This document shows, in pieces, positions 26,001 to 38,229 of a DNA stretch of 64,000 nucleotides. Source of the stretch: Phoronis australis (taxonomy: Eukaryota > Animalia > Phoronida); NCBI GenBank assembly GCA_002633005.1, contig NMRA01000124.1:637814-701813 (forward strand). The letters are read 5' to 3'. The notes under the pieces were generated by a model, which saw only the letters and a program-made list of their open reading frames with translations, searched no databases and was not told where the DNA came from. Numbering within the stretch: the stretch's first letter is position 1; every line of letters starts with the position of its first letter. The position numbers were made by a program, and so were the translations under genes.

Positions 26001-27776
26001 TTGTCACTCGACTCGTGATCCTGCGCGGCGCGGTTGGTTAAATAAAGAGGCTATAACCCTGGTGTTCACTTGGTGAATTAAATAATTAAATGTAGACCAC
26101 TTACCGATGAAAACTTGGTATTAACTTGTTTTTTACTTAGATGAGAAATACTTTTGGTCTGGCAATGAACTGGCAGTGCGTTATTCATCCTAGAATCTAT
26201 GATCGGCGAATCACGGAAGGCGGGGTTTCACTATACTAGCCCGGCGCTTTAAGTTTCGAGTCTGACTCTCAAGCCCAGTCCAAGAGATTAGACTGTAGGC
26301 ACAGCCGGACCCTCAACTCTCTACCCCAATGTTGTAATTGTCTCTTGTTTTTGTGATGGAATGTTTGACTAATTCACCGTCTAACATTGCTATTTTAAAC
26401 ACTGTTTATTTCAGGTGATTATGAGGTGTGCGTAGACAACTCATTCAGTCGATTTGCCTCCAAATTAGTTTACATGTACTTCCTTGTTTACAAACCAGAA
26501 GACTGGGAGAAGTATTCGGAAGACCTGAAGGATTTTGATGTGGGACTCGAAACATTTACGGTAGGAGCATACAGTTTAAGTTATCACTAGCGGGTTGGGA
26601 TCTCGGGTGTCGACAGGAGGCCCAACCGCAATTTTCGAAGGAAAAGTGCTTGCGCAAACCTTACCAACGTGTTGGCAGCTTTTTAGACGTGTCCTTATCC
26701 TCCTCTAAATCCGCCTGTGATGACCACCCAGCAGCTGCTGATATGTTGAGTTGGGCAAATGAGTAAATAAAATAAAATAATCCATGTGTTTGTCCATCGT
26801 TGACCAAGTGCGACGTAAAATAGTCTGATTTATTACTGTAATAATTCCGTTGTACGTTAATTCTTTAGCCAATCAGAAGCCAAGAATCTCACAGTTATAA
26901 TAATTAGTGATAAGTATTTATATTGCAGTAATTAATTAGCCAATCAGAAGCCAGGAATAATGACAGTCACGATTTATAGCTGTACTAAATGTTTCTAACT
27001 GTAATTAATAATTATTAGTGTTGTAAATATATATCATTAAGTGGTTGGCGAGGACAAGTCAATCGTAACGCAGAGGACAATAGGCAATGTACGGTATGAC
27101 TATTATTATAGTATTTTTGTATTTCATTCTAAAAATTAAATATTGTAGATTCTCTACAAATTTGTATGCAGGCAGAGCATTGCAAAGCGCGAGCGGTATT
27201 TGTAATAAACTATATTCTGTTACCCAGCTGCCTGGCCAAATATTTACGAGAACATCCCAAACGAATAATTCTGTGGCCACCAATCATGTGGTTTGGGTTT
27301 TCACTAAGTCTATTTCCGCGAATGGCCTATTCGGTTTCAACCGGACAAAAATGGTGTTCACAACTGTCCTTCAGTTGGCGACCACTTGGTGGGTTTGGCG
27401 GACTTGGGTTTATTATTAGCGTGTGCATTAATTTGTATTGGGGGGATTAAATTAAAAGGATGCGAAATAACCAATAATACTTTATTCAAGACGAAGTGTA
27501 TGTTCTCCAAATACCTTTTTGTATTCTTTTTCTTTTTTTCAGAAAACTTTACAACATGTGGATAAATCAATACAGGAGATGGAAAAGTTTCAAGCCATGG
27601 GCCGACGAACAATTGCATTAGACTATTATCTCATTACCAGTAATAATGAATACGTACAGAATCTATCAATCGCGCTCATAGCTGTGGTGCTGATTACGGG
27701 CGCTGTTCAGCTTTATTTTGTTAAAAATTTATTTAATACAAAAAGTGTCACCCCAACGGCGAAGCCGCGAGCTTAG
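19792..27776 (+). CDS. TMED6: Transmembrane emp24 domain (p24 gamma/TMED6-like) cargo receptor; exons 19792-20007, 25611-25731, 26415-26560, 27543-27776; 238 aa
   Basis: The four GT-AG exons join in frame (717 nt). The protein has a signal peptide, a GOLD domain with two Cys (ETECFYQ; GDYEVCVDNSFSRFASKLVY), a coiled coil, a C-terminal TM helix and the tail VKNLFNTKSVTPTAKPRA, which resembles the vertebrate TMED6 ..KPRC end. The family call is solid; the paralog call is less so. Confidence 0.9.
21098..21358. mobile_element. MITE with 15-bp TIR and 5-bp TSD in TMED intron 1
   Basis: catgcgcgcacccag ... ctgggtgcgcgcacg; flanks agggt / agagt (4/5 match). Confidence 0.75.
25611..25731 (+). CDS. 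TMED6: TMED6-like exon 2
   Basis: Acceptor ccttttgcgcag|; VLRGADRNVDVIFKDPKG..HTDIEEE; donor g|gtacat, phase 1. Confidence 0.92.
26415..26560 (+). CDS. TMED6: TMED6-like exon 3 (missed by the ORF track)
   Basis: Acceptor tttatttcag|; (G)DYEVCVDNSFSRFASKLVYMYFLVYKPEDWEKYSEDLKDFDVGLETFT; donor acg|gtagga, phase 0. Confidence 0.92.
27543..27776 (+). CDS. TMED6: TMED6-like exon 4 (coiled coil, TM helix, tail, stop)
   Basis: Long polypyrimidine tract plus cag|; KTLQHVDKSIQEMEKFQ..NNEYVQNLSIALIAVVLITGAVQLYFVKNLF..KPRA*. Confidence 0.92.
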   Translation, partial: KTLQHVDKSIQEMEKFQAMGRRTIALDYYLITSNNEYVQNLSIALIAVVLITGAVQLYFVKNLFNTKSVTPTAKPRA

Positions 27777-27818
27777 GTGTCACAAGTTCCGCTGGTTATG
27801 TGTCTTCCATTTTGAATG

Positions 27819-27980
27819 CAGTGACGAATTTAAGGGGGGGTCAAGGGGGCCATGGCCCTCCCTAAAATTCCCCAGATCCCATTTGGCTGTTCGGGGGTGC
27901 GAATATCTGATGGGCAAATTTCTGGCTAATACTCTGCTCTGGCCCCTCAGTGGTAACTCAAAATCCTGGATCCTCCCCTG
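27819..27980. mobile_element. MITE with 5-bp TSD in the TMED 3' UTR; same family as 63680-63829
   Basis: cagtgacgaatt...aaaatcctggatcctcccctg; TSD gaatg at 27814-27818 and 27981-27985. The internal sequence is colinear with the 63680 copy. Confidence 0.88.
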
Positions 27981-28929
27981 GAATGCGTATTCTAATGACC
28001 CGTGTACCCAACTAATGCCTTTACCAGTAGCTTATCGTCAGTCTTGTTCATAAGGACATTCGTCTGGTTCCGTCAGCGAAACGGAAGCAGGAGAAAACCG
28101 AACCGAATACCACCAAAGTTATTATAATAGTATCCCCATGGTATCTTTGATATACGCTGCAACTAGACGTTGTAGGGTATTCACTCTTGTGTCTGTATGC
28201 TAAGATCCTAGTTCACTTGGCTTTTGGCATTTTGCCTTGCTGTATGTTGGTAGTTATGACGCGAAGTAAACTTCACTTCAGGCACTCAACTCAACTCGTA
28301 GCTATCTGTCTGCGCTGGGTCTTAGTCGGGTCTCACGCGGTCTCTTGCGTCTCTTCCCATTAGTGAGATCGCAGTGACAACTGACTTGGTGTGACTGCGC
28401 ACGCGCAGGTGTACGTAGCGCTAGCAACGCAACTTAACCACGAGGTATGCAGTACAGGTTGCGATAGGTAATAGTACACCAGTATCACCCTTTTTAAAAT
28501 ACTATCACTTGTCAGTCTTATTGTTAATAGGTGCATTCAAAATATATTATTTCTCAGGTGTTCGTTCCTCCTTTTAATAGAGTTCAGTGTTCTCATTAAC
28601 GTCGTACTTTCAACAATATACCTTATCATAGGTTAATAACACTATAATTTATTTTCGAAATCGCACATGTACTTATATGTTGATTACACGCCCACCGCAT
28701 TGTTGTTTTTCGTTTTGTGGCCTGCTACAGCATGGGCACTGTAGTCAGTCAATTTGTTTGCAAAATGATCGTGATGATCGCAACGGTTGTGCCAAGGTAC
28801 ACGGAATCAGAAATGATTCAAACTTTTGGTAATTTTCGTATTATGAATTTAATTCTTTACTCATACTGGGGCGCTTTCTTTGTATCAAGAGATCTGATTG
28901 TTGATTTGTCTCTTTGTTTTGTCATCTGA

Positions 28930-28935
28930 AATAAA
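28930..28935 (+). terminator. Candidate polyadenylation signal for the TMED gene
   Basis: AATAAA about 1.15 kb after the stop, with GT-rich sequence downstream. A second AATAAA lies at 29040. Confidence 0.35.
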
Positions 28936-31326
28936 CTGACGTCAAAGTCAATATCGTGAACGTTGCTTTCAGTTGTGTTTTTAAAAAGTTGCTAAAACCT
29001 CGTTCCATCAAAGATAATAACGTTGAGGCCTGAACAGTGAATAAACTAAAGGCTGGTTCGTCAAATTTTGGTCTAGTTTTCATGCCTTGACGTGAACTGT
29101 CGGCTTTTCTCAGCTCTCTGTCACTGGGGCGTCCAGCTGAGCTCGAGGTTATGCGTCTGCACCGAATTTTACCGCTTCGAAACTGACTGCGAGCACCGGT
29201 GAAGAAATCTCTTCCAGGAGTCTCGACTTTTGGTAGTCGTCATGTTTTCTGAATAAGCGTCCAGTAATTGAGATGTTACGAAAAAAATTCATCGTACCGC
29301 TTTAACCCCTTAAAAGGCCCTTTTTTGCATTTGTGGTAGCATACTTCACAAGCGCCAGTGATTCCGCCAGTATTGTGTTTTGAACGCCCAAAAACCTTTG
29401 CCTTGGGTTTAATTATGCGACTGTTGCAGTTTTACATTTCTTGTCCGGTATGTGTTGTAAAAGAAACAAAACTTTGCCTTAGATTACTATTCGCTAATAA
29501 ATGGTCTCAACTTGTTCCCGCAACTCTTACGTTGCGTCGTTTCTAGTTGGGCTTACAACAGTTCGCTATTTTTGAGAATCCATGCCCGGAGCACAACTAT
29601 AATAACACGCCGTGACAAGACAGCTTGTAGAGCCTGGCTTAAAACAATGATAGCGAACCCAGTGTTATTCCAATGAAATAAATCGTCTCGAATTTGACTA
29701 ATTTCAAGTGGTATTGAAGTTTTTGATAACGACAGTTTTAAAGTCTGGTTTGCACGCCACTTCTTAGCCACATTACGTTACCTAAAGACAGTTTTAATTA
29801 TTTCACGGCGTGGTTTGCTGAAGGTGTACAGATTTGTTACAATGTCTCTTCTATTTATTTGTTGTATAATAATTACGATAAATACATGGGTACCTTTATC
29901 TATAGACGAATGTGTTATTAGTCTAGTCAATTCAGTTTTGCCCTAGAAACACCGTGACGCGCAGCAAGGCATTGTTATCAGTACCTTAAAACATTAGCTT
30001 AATTGTCATTTTTGGGATGCGGTAATTTTCACCGCTCGTCCTTCTGAGCGGCTTGTACCAGGATCAAAGAGAGCGCGGCGCCGGAATCAGGTACAGTTGT
30101 GATGACCGCATTGCCCGACGCGAGCAAGCCTTGAGACCCAAATTAAGTGTAATTATCCGACCATAAACTATATTACAAATCTCTGACTGTACATATTGCG
30201 AATTTTCAAAATGCATTAACCACTAATTTTCGTTATAAAAGCATCACGGCGGTATTCAGTTACAAAGAACAACCAAGTACGGTTTTGGATTTTTAAAAAT
30301 CGATGAACTAATAATCTAAAAACTACAACCATTGGGTACAATTGAAGATAAACTACCTCGCGTATTGATATACTCGGTGGATATACAAACGCTGATCAGA
30401 GTTACCAATATCACATGGATTCATTTTTTAATATTCTTTCAATTTCGTTTAACCAGATTTTTGACCAGGAAACAGTTGTTGTGTCCACTTTCATTTTTTA
30501 TTACTGACAAAGAGCTAGAATAGTTATATACTCAGTGCCACAGAAATTGTCCAGAGATTCCAAATCTTCAGCTTGGTTATCACTATATTTGCACTTTTTT
30601 ATATATTTTATGATTTGAGTTCTAATAATTATTAAACTTTAATGACACGTGAAATGTTTAGTGTACCTGTAATGTAGAAAGTTCAGGTACGGGCTCACAA
30701 TGAACTTAACTAATTAAGTTTAGCCGGCGATCAAAATCTACCACTGTTTTGGTACTTCAAGTTCAAAACTTAGACTAAAAAGTTATCAACCCGTTTCCGG
30801 TAAGAAAAAATGCAAGTGGGCAGAAGCATTAAAAATTAAAGAATGAAAACCAATATGAAAGTTATCGTTCCTTTGGGAAGTGGCCCTTTGTGAAGATAAA
30901 ACACAAGTTAACCTTTTTAGTAATTTCGTAATATTTATAATTTACCGAGTAAAAATTACTCTCCAGAGTTGCAGGCTATAACTGTGCAAATGCCAGAAAA
31001 CCAAAATGGGAGAACTAACAACAACCATTGTTTAGACAGTAATGCTAGCAATTACCTTTCCACTTCATTAGCTCAGATCTACATCACTACGAAGGGTGTG
31101 TTCAATAGGCATCGTAAAAGTTGTCTGGGACATAGAGAATCAGAACGGTCACCAGTGTAAGCGAGAAATTCTCCACATAGTCCGTTTCAGAGACAGCAGA
31201 TCAAACCTCACCTTCGAGATATTCTTGTAAACTTTTTCGTTTTCTCAGAGGTTTCATAAGGACAAAATGTGTCCAAAGATGAAAAAAGCGTTGTAGTTAA
31301 TAGTGATAAAAGTACAAACACTGAGG

Positions 31327-31367
31327 TAGGCAATGACCATCGCCTCTGTTGGCCCGGTCATTGCCTA
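31327..31367. mobile_element. 41-bp micro-element with perfect 12-bp TIR and 9-bp TSD
   Basis: taggcaatgacc...ggtcattgccta flanked by acactgagg at 31318-31326 and 31368-31376. Confidence 0.75.
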
Positions 31368-31370
31368 ACA

Positions 31371-31455
31371 CTGAGGAGCCTTGCATTTTGAGAACTAGTC
31401 TAGTTTTCTCCACTGAATAACGGGCGTCCTAGTTCTCAAAATCAGGGATCCTTAG
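31371..31455. repeat. Short inverted-repeat element
   Basis: ctgaggagccttgcattttgagaactag ... ctagttctcaaaatcagggatccttag, arms of about 27 bp. Confidence 0.7.
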
Positions 31456-34361
31456 AAAGGACTTAATTAGCAACTTTCATTCAAAACTGAATCTTATCTC
31501 TGGTTATTTAGAATTCACAAGTTGGAGCAATTAGAGTGAAACTTTTTTTTTTGAGAAATGCATGCCAAGGTCTCATTGTCATTCTGATACCCCTGACGCC
31601 AAAATCCAGAAATCGCTTCTCATATGAATAAGGAAAATGTTGGAGGTAGTGGCAAGTAGTGCAATTCAAAACTTCGCTTCTTGGGCGGAAGGATTTACAG
31701 CCGCTTCAATTCCGAGTAGAGTACGGTCCGCTGTCAGAGGCCCGTTGCGTGACGCAAGATATTCACGCGTAAAAGCTAGCAAAATCCCGTGCATTACTTG
31801 TGACGCATGGCGATATTTCCGGAATTCTTGCGTGATCTGTCCAAACTCCCACTAAGGAACTAGGTTTACAAAACGTAGGTTAGGTTTTGTTGTTCGTCCT
31901 TCGCGAACGGAATGCAAATTTCTCCCTTTGGAAAGTTGGTGCAGTGGTTCGGAAAAGTCATAAACCGTTCGGAGAGCTAACACAACTGAATGATGCTTTT
32001 CCTACTACTGCTAAGTGAACACGTAACGTTCTAAACTCAAATGAGGACCAGAAACAAAGTTTTGGGGAACCACCGCTCCAGCAAATAGGCCTACGAGTAT
32101 TTCGGATACAAAAAATTGAGTAAAACCATAGTTGAAAATCGTGCCAGTGGGCTCACTGAGTTTTGACAAAAACGTCATAGTATAGTAACGCATTTTACTG
32201 AACACTTTAAGCAAGTTACAAACAATGTGAGCAGTCCACCACTTCACAAAATAACACAAGCAAGTCGCTCTATAGTAACCATGGCAATGAAGTAAACTCT
32301 AATTTGCCTTACTCCGGAGAACCCCTGACGTCATTTGCGTCACTCCAATCCAGGTTTAGTATGGCACTCACACCAATCACAAATTAGAACATCGTCTGAA
32401 GCTATCTAGGTATTATACCATGTTGTGTTTATTGTTGTGGGCTCAACATAAATCCGCATCGATAGCTAGAACTGACAATGACCTAAAAACTACGTCTACA
32501 CCTCGGAGAACACGAAATGTTTCCTTTACTAAATACAATAGTCCAAGTATCACGAATAATTCAAACAGTTATTAACACAGTGAGGTGAATCTTTCCGAAG
32601 CAGTTTACTTGTAAGTATATTTAGATAAGTTGCAATCATGAGCCGAGAACCAGAGTGCCATCTTTGGGAAGGAGTGGAGCACCATGGTAATATTTTACGA
32701 CAGATCAATCTAGTTTCCTTAGTAACAAAACATAGCTCATAAAGAGATGTCTTTGCAAGTAATCAATTTTAAGTTTTATGACTTAATTGATAGGGAGCCT
32801 GATTTACGCCTGAATGAAATGTTTGGCTTGGTCGTAAGTTTTGAGTGCCTTTAAAACGTTTTGACCTTTAAGCGACAAAGCCACTCGAAGAATTCACTGA
32901 AACGCCGGTTTCAGCAGTCCACGCACAATTCACTACAGAAAATAAGTATTAACCTTTTAATCTACCCAAGACATGAAGCTAAACGTGACCAGGTTCCCAG
33001 CCGCAATACTCCATTTTTCCCATTACAGTCCTAACACTCCATCTGATACCCAGCTCATGGTACCCAAAAAAATACAAAACAAATTTCACACCAATAAATT
33101 ACTATGAAGCTATGATCAACAACAGAGAAGCCAGTTATAGTCGGTTGAAGCTCCATTCTTGCACTTCAGCTCTGGGTCCAGGATCAAATCTCCCAACTCA
33201 AGACTTGAAACTTGCCCAATCACGTGCTATTAACCCATCGCACATTTGTAAGTTTACTGGAAGCCTATCACACCATCGGTTAAATTTCCAGTGGAGCTTC
33301 CAGGGCAGAGTATGAGCACTGAAGTTTCAACTGACCAGGTAACCTATAGTTATGTTTTTACAGCCTTGCAATGAAATGCAAAATTATGCATTTTTCTAAA
33401 AATCGTAAAATACATGTGGCACCACAGGAAGTGCAACCCAGAAGAAATGCTGTTTTCCATTGGCTACTCACTCACCAATCAGAATCAACATTCCCCTCCC
33501 ATGACATGCCACATTAAAAGCTGATTAAGCTTAACTTAATATATTAAGCTTATATCTGGCGCACAAAAATGCCTTATCTGTCTAACTTTAATACTTGCAG
33601 CAAGCCAAATGCTACATTCCTTAGCAACATTAACAAATAAGGACTCTATGTAGCATTGACTCCACCCGACAAGAAACAATCATGGCCTAGCTAAAGACTG
33701 ACAACGATCATCTTAGGACATCCAAGCAACCGTGAATGACTGGATGTAAAAAGAAATTACATAGACCTGTCAGGATATTAAAACTTTATATCCTTGAAGG
33801 ATTCTTAAATTTCGTAACTAAAAGAGATGTCCGAATAGTGGAACATCCTTTAGTGCAGAACTCATCCCTAACATTACAGACAACACATTTTGCTATTCTT
33901 GCTTTGAACAGCAGACACTAGTGACTAGCAACTGATCCATTTACTCATACAGAGGGTGCGAAAGTTTTACGCACTAAGTAGTCACAAATCATGAAGCCAT
34001 GTTCAGCTTGCCAACAGCCAATCAGAGGACAGAGAACGTTTTGCAGAAATAACCTGAACTGACTATATGACTATGGGTCATTTATTTGCAATATATGTTT
34101 AGGGTGTTGTGGCTATTCGACATAGAGGCTGGCTAGAAAATGGAAGGTACCATTCTTGAAAGCCACCAACACTTGTGGTTGTGACAACTTTAGCAGACAT
34201 TTTTTCTGATTACAATAATTTATTTCAGAGTTATTTTTACCAAACAGCCTGTGTTCAGATTGGCCAATCATGTACCTGCAATGACAGGTGACGGACCACA
34301 TAAGTCAATATGAAAATGTCCCATAAATATGTAAAAGCTGATCAGTGCACCAAAAATTGTG

Positions 34362-34557
34362 AGTAGGCGGTACTTTTTCAGCAAGTTTTGTGAGACCCCA
34401 ATAGGCCCCTAAATTTCCATTTCATGATGGTGATGCAAAAAAATCCACTACACAACAGGGGGTGGGAATTGGCAGACCTGGCACCCACAATAGGGGGTCT
34501 CTCAGCAATTTTTGGTACATGCCTGCGGGCTCCTTGTCAACATGAGTAACCCCCGGG
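34362..34557. mobile_element. Interspersed repeat (CCCGGGGGG-terminated MITE family), partial copy
   Basis: Shares ggtactttttcagcaa, ccaataggcccctaaattt and caatagggggtctctcagcaatttttggtacat with 47276-47538. It ends in atgagtaacccccggg. Confidence 0.75.
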
Positions 34558-35246
34558 ATTAAAACCCCGTCATTGAAAACAAACCAACTAAACTAAACAA
34601 AAATCAAGTTTGTCCAACAACAATTTCTCAATAACAAATATAAGACAAACAGTATAATAGATAAGGAGTGAACCTGACCTTGATTAATGTCAAGGTCATA
34701 TAGATCTTATGAGCAACAGAAAACAACTAACAATGTCATATTCTGATGAGATGCGTGATTATCTATAATAATGAATTAGCTGACAAACATTTCTGTTATT
34801 TACAGAATAACTGTTGCAATAACTTACTAAATCTACAGAGTACGATTTCATCCAAGAAACGTTCGGCACAAATGTCAAAGGAACGCATAAGGTGACTTAC
34901 TGTATTTACCTGAGCATTATTAATGCTTCGTCTAAATGTCATCAATTTATGTAAACTATGTAAGGGATAAAAAGACAAGAAAAGCGAAGGCAGGTGTTGA
35001 AAATATAAAGGGCATTAACTCAAAATTAAAAATTGACGATTAGATAGCCTAGCAATCTATAAACATTCATTCAATCTGATTTCAAACTTAACAATCTGTC
35101 AATATAATTTAGCAAAACATACTACGACAATCAACACCAAAAGGAACTTAAGAAATCCTCTTAACTTTACATTATTAAACGTTTCTTTAAATAGCGTACA
35201 ACCAAAATGCCAATGAGGCTTTTGTGCGTAGACAACAATGAGCCAA

Positions 35247-35507
35247 TCAAATCCTTGGATTGTCCGACTCGTCATCTAATGTTGTATCTTCTGCTTCTGC
35301 AAGCAGACGATTCTTTGAGGGAGTGTCATCTTGCCCTACACCATATTTGGGGTTTCCACGGTTATTGAAAAGGTGAAGGCTAGCTCTAGGTGGTTTAACT
35401 TCATCATGAATTTCCACTGAATCTCCATTTTTTAAACTGTTGTCTTGAGTAGGTACTTTTTTGTAGGGCCCATGTTCTGACAATCGCTCCCCGACACGCA
35501 CAGTGTT
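35247..35507 (-). CDS. Putative alternative terminal exon of the SLC2A gene (86-aa hydrophilic cytosolic tail)
   Basis: Acceptor ttttggtttgctttattcggttcattttgatttgcag|; phase-0 open frame NTVRVGERLSEHGPYKKVPTQD..KNRLLAEAEDTTLDDESDNPRI*. A compatible phase-0 internal donor atg|gtagag lies at 40752 in the last GLUT exon. Confidence 0.55.
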   Translation of the reverse strand, partial: NTVRVGERLSEHGPYKKVPTQDNSLKNGDSVEIHDEVKPPRASLHLFNNRGNPKYGVGQDDTPSKNRLLAEAEDTTLDDESDNPRI

Positions 35508-35585
35508 CTGCAAATCAAAATGAACCGAATAAAGCAAACCAAAAATCGTACAACGCAACAACAATGGTAACAAGCAACAAAATAC

Positions 35586-37851
35586 ATGTGTGGCAATGCA
35601 ACAACATCGTGAACAAGGCAACAGTGTTATACCTATGAAAACAACACACATTTTGAAATAAGCTTTCTTGAAAAATTTTTTTTTAATATTTTCGTCCAGT
35701 CTTTTGTTAATTTCATACGTAATTATCAAAAATTTAAAATCTACATTTCCATCAAAACAACCGTGTACGTGTGTGTATGTAACTAACGCAGAATGTCAGT
35801 TTCCACTAGTATTGTCAATGAGGTTTAGGTGTGGTACGCTTTTGATTGTTAATAATATAGTTGGCCGATGAGGCCACTCATGTTCCAGGCATTAGTTGTA
35901 AGCAATCAAAAACAATAGTTCCATGCATATAACAACACCATGCAGCACTACAGTCGATGTCCAGTAAATCAAATGAAGCTTGATGGCGAGTTGCTTTTTA
36001 ACACTTAGTCTCATGCTTGAATTGCTTTGCTGTCTCGATAGCCATAGTGGTGTAAGCTTGAGCAAAATAGACAAAGTCTGCGTAGTTATTTACGTGGACA
36101 ATATTTGCCAGCACTATATTAATTGTTTAATGACTATCAGAAGTAATAAAATTAAAACAAAGCCATGACACTCGTAAAGCCTCAAATATATCAGATTCTC
36201 AGAAATAGCAGCAGTTGTAGTGAGTATGTGGTTTTCATTTCATTGGTGTGAGCAAAGAACAAGTCAGAACTGCAAGACATGCTGGCGCATTTTACACACA
36301 TTTTGTAATAAACAGGCTTGGAGAACAAACGTAAAGTATGACCTTGGATAGGAATTTGTTACCTTCAGACAAAAGGCACTGACCAAAACCTAAGTACTGA
36401 CCTAGGCCAGGAAACAAATACTGGGCCAAGAACACAACCCATGAACAAGATATGCAAAGCTCATTGTTGTGGCAATGAAGGTCAGTACTTCCTTGTTTCG
36501 GATCTCTACTACCTGTCTGAAGGTAACAGATTTCTCTCCAAGGTCAGTACTATGAGTGGTTGGGTCAGTATGTCAAGTTTGAAGGCAACTAAGTTAAAAA
36601 CTTCAAAATATCCATACTTCTTCCCAAACCTGATATGGTCCATCCATTTTCTGACTCCGTTTTTGTTGTTACGACACCAGTATTCATAGCAACAAATACA
36701 CAATTATCCAAACATCAATATAATCCCAAAATTCTCTGGGAATGTTGCAATTACCACACATTAGTTTTGTTTTAACCTAACAAAATTGCTTAATTAAAGT
36801 AATTTATTTGTCCAAAACCATATTTAATATCATGTCTAAAAATCTTACTTAAGTCTTCAGTACTCCTTTATATACAAGAGCAACGCAGAGCGTTGAAATG
36901 CGCCCACAATTGCACCGCATACGGTATCCTTCTAGGGTTGTTTATTGGTACCATAAAGTGGCCAGTAGAGGGCATATATGTAGTATGTTGTACTTTGCAA
37001 AATGGAAAGGCATGGTCCTTGTCTCCTCAATAGGCTAGGGGCAAAATGTGAGTAATCTTCATAATACAAGCACATCCTATACACCAGTTGCTTAAAGCAC
37101 CACAGAAACATAGAATTAAAAACAAATTTACCAACATACGAGATTAGCACAGCATTAGAATGCCAGAAACAAATTTCTACTTGGAACTTTTCCTTCANGT
37201 GTGGCAATGCAACAACATGATGAACACGGCAACAGTGATGTGTGGCAATGCAACAACATGGTGAACACGGCAACAGTGTTATACCTATGAAAACAACACA
37301 CATTTTGAAATAAGCTTTCTTGAAAAATTCTTTTTAAATACTTTCGGCCAGTCTTTTGTTAATTTCATACGTAATTATCAAAAATTTAAAATCTACATTT
37401 CCATCAAAACAACCGTGTACTTGTGTGTATGTAACTAACGCAGAATGTCAGTTTCCACTAGTATTGTCAATGAGGTTTAGGTGTGGTACGCTTTTGATTG
37501 TTAATATATAGTTGGCCAATGAGGCCAATCGTGTTCCAATTGCAAGCAATCAAAACCAATAGATCCATGCATATAACAACACCATGCAGCACTACAGTTG
37601 ATGTCCAGTAAATCAAATGAAGCTTGATGGCCAGTTGCTTTTTAACACTTAGTCTCATGCTTGAATTGCTTTGCTGTCTCGATAGCCATAGTGGTGTAAG
37701 CTTGAGCAAACTAGACCGAGTCTGCGTAGTTATTTACGTGGATAATATTTGCCAGCAATATGTTAATTGTTTCAATGACTATCAGAAGTAATTTATATCA
37801 AAGCCATGACACTCGTAAAGCCTCAAATATATCAGATTCTCAGCAGCAGTT
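35586..37851. repeat. About 620-bp direct duplication (35586-36216 vs 37238-37851); the second copy starts just after the N at 37198
   Basis: Colinear sequence with scattered SNPs and indels. Copy 2 carries an extra tandem unit of about 40 bp at 37199-37237. Probably an allelic or assembly duplication. Confidence 0.9.
36335..36551. repeat. Fold-back (long inverted repeat) element
   Basis: agtatgaccttggataggaatttgttaccttcagaca pairs with tgtctgaaggtaacagatttctctccaaggtcagtact. An inner pair is aagtactgacct / aggtcagtactt. Confidence 0.75.
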
Positions 37852-38229
37852 ACACGATACTGGTGAAATAAAACGCCTGATGCTCTATACTTCAAGAGCA
37901 ACAATGCCAAGAAATGAGATTTTATCATTGTAAAGATGTAATTTAAACTGTATTATGACACCAAGGCCTACATGCAATAACATTTTTGATTACGATTCAC
38001 CGTTTAAATAATAACAGTGAGAAAATGGGTCTAGTTTTTATCTATTTACAAAGCCATGCTTCAAAATGTTATCTATACTTAATGAGTGTTTGCCAAGCAT
38101 TCTTGTAGCATATGTCAAGCTACGCGATGCAGCTTCTCTGTAAATTCAAGTGGCCAAGATGCAAAATGTAAGAGCACCTTTCCTTCATACTCACTAGCTA
38201 AATAACAAGCTATTATCAAGATTACTAAA

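Noticed and set aside
29170-29250. - strand frame resembling another terminal exon (HDDYQKSRLLEEISSPVL..)
   Set aside because: Weak acceptor, needs a phase-2 donor that I could not identify, and lies outside the CpG-poor SLC2A domain.
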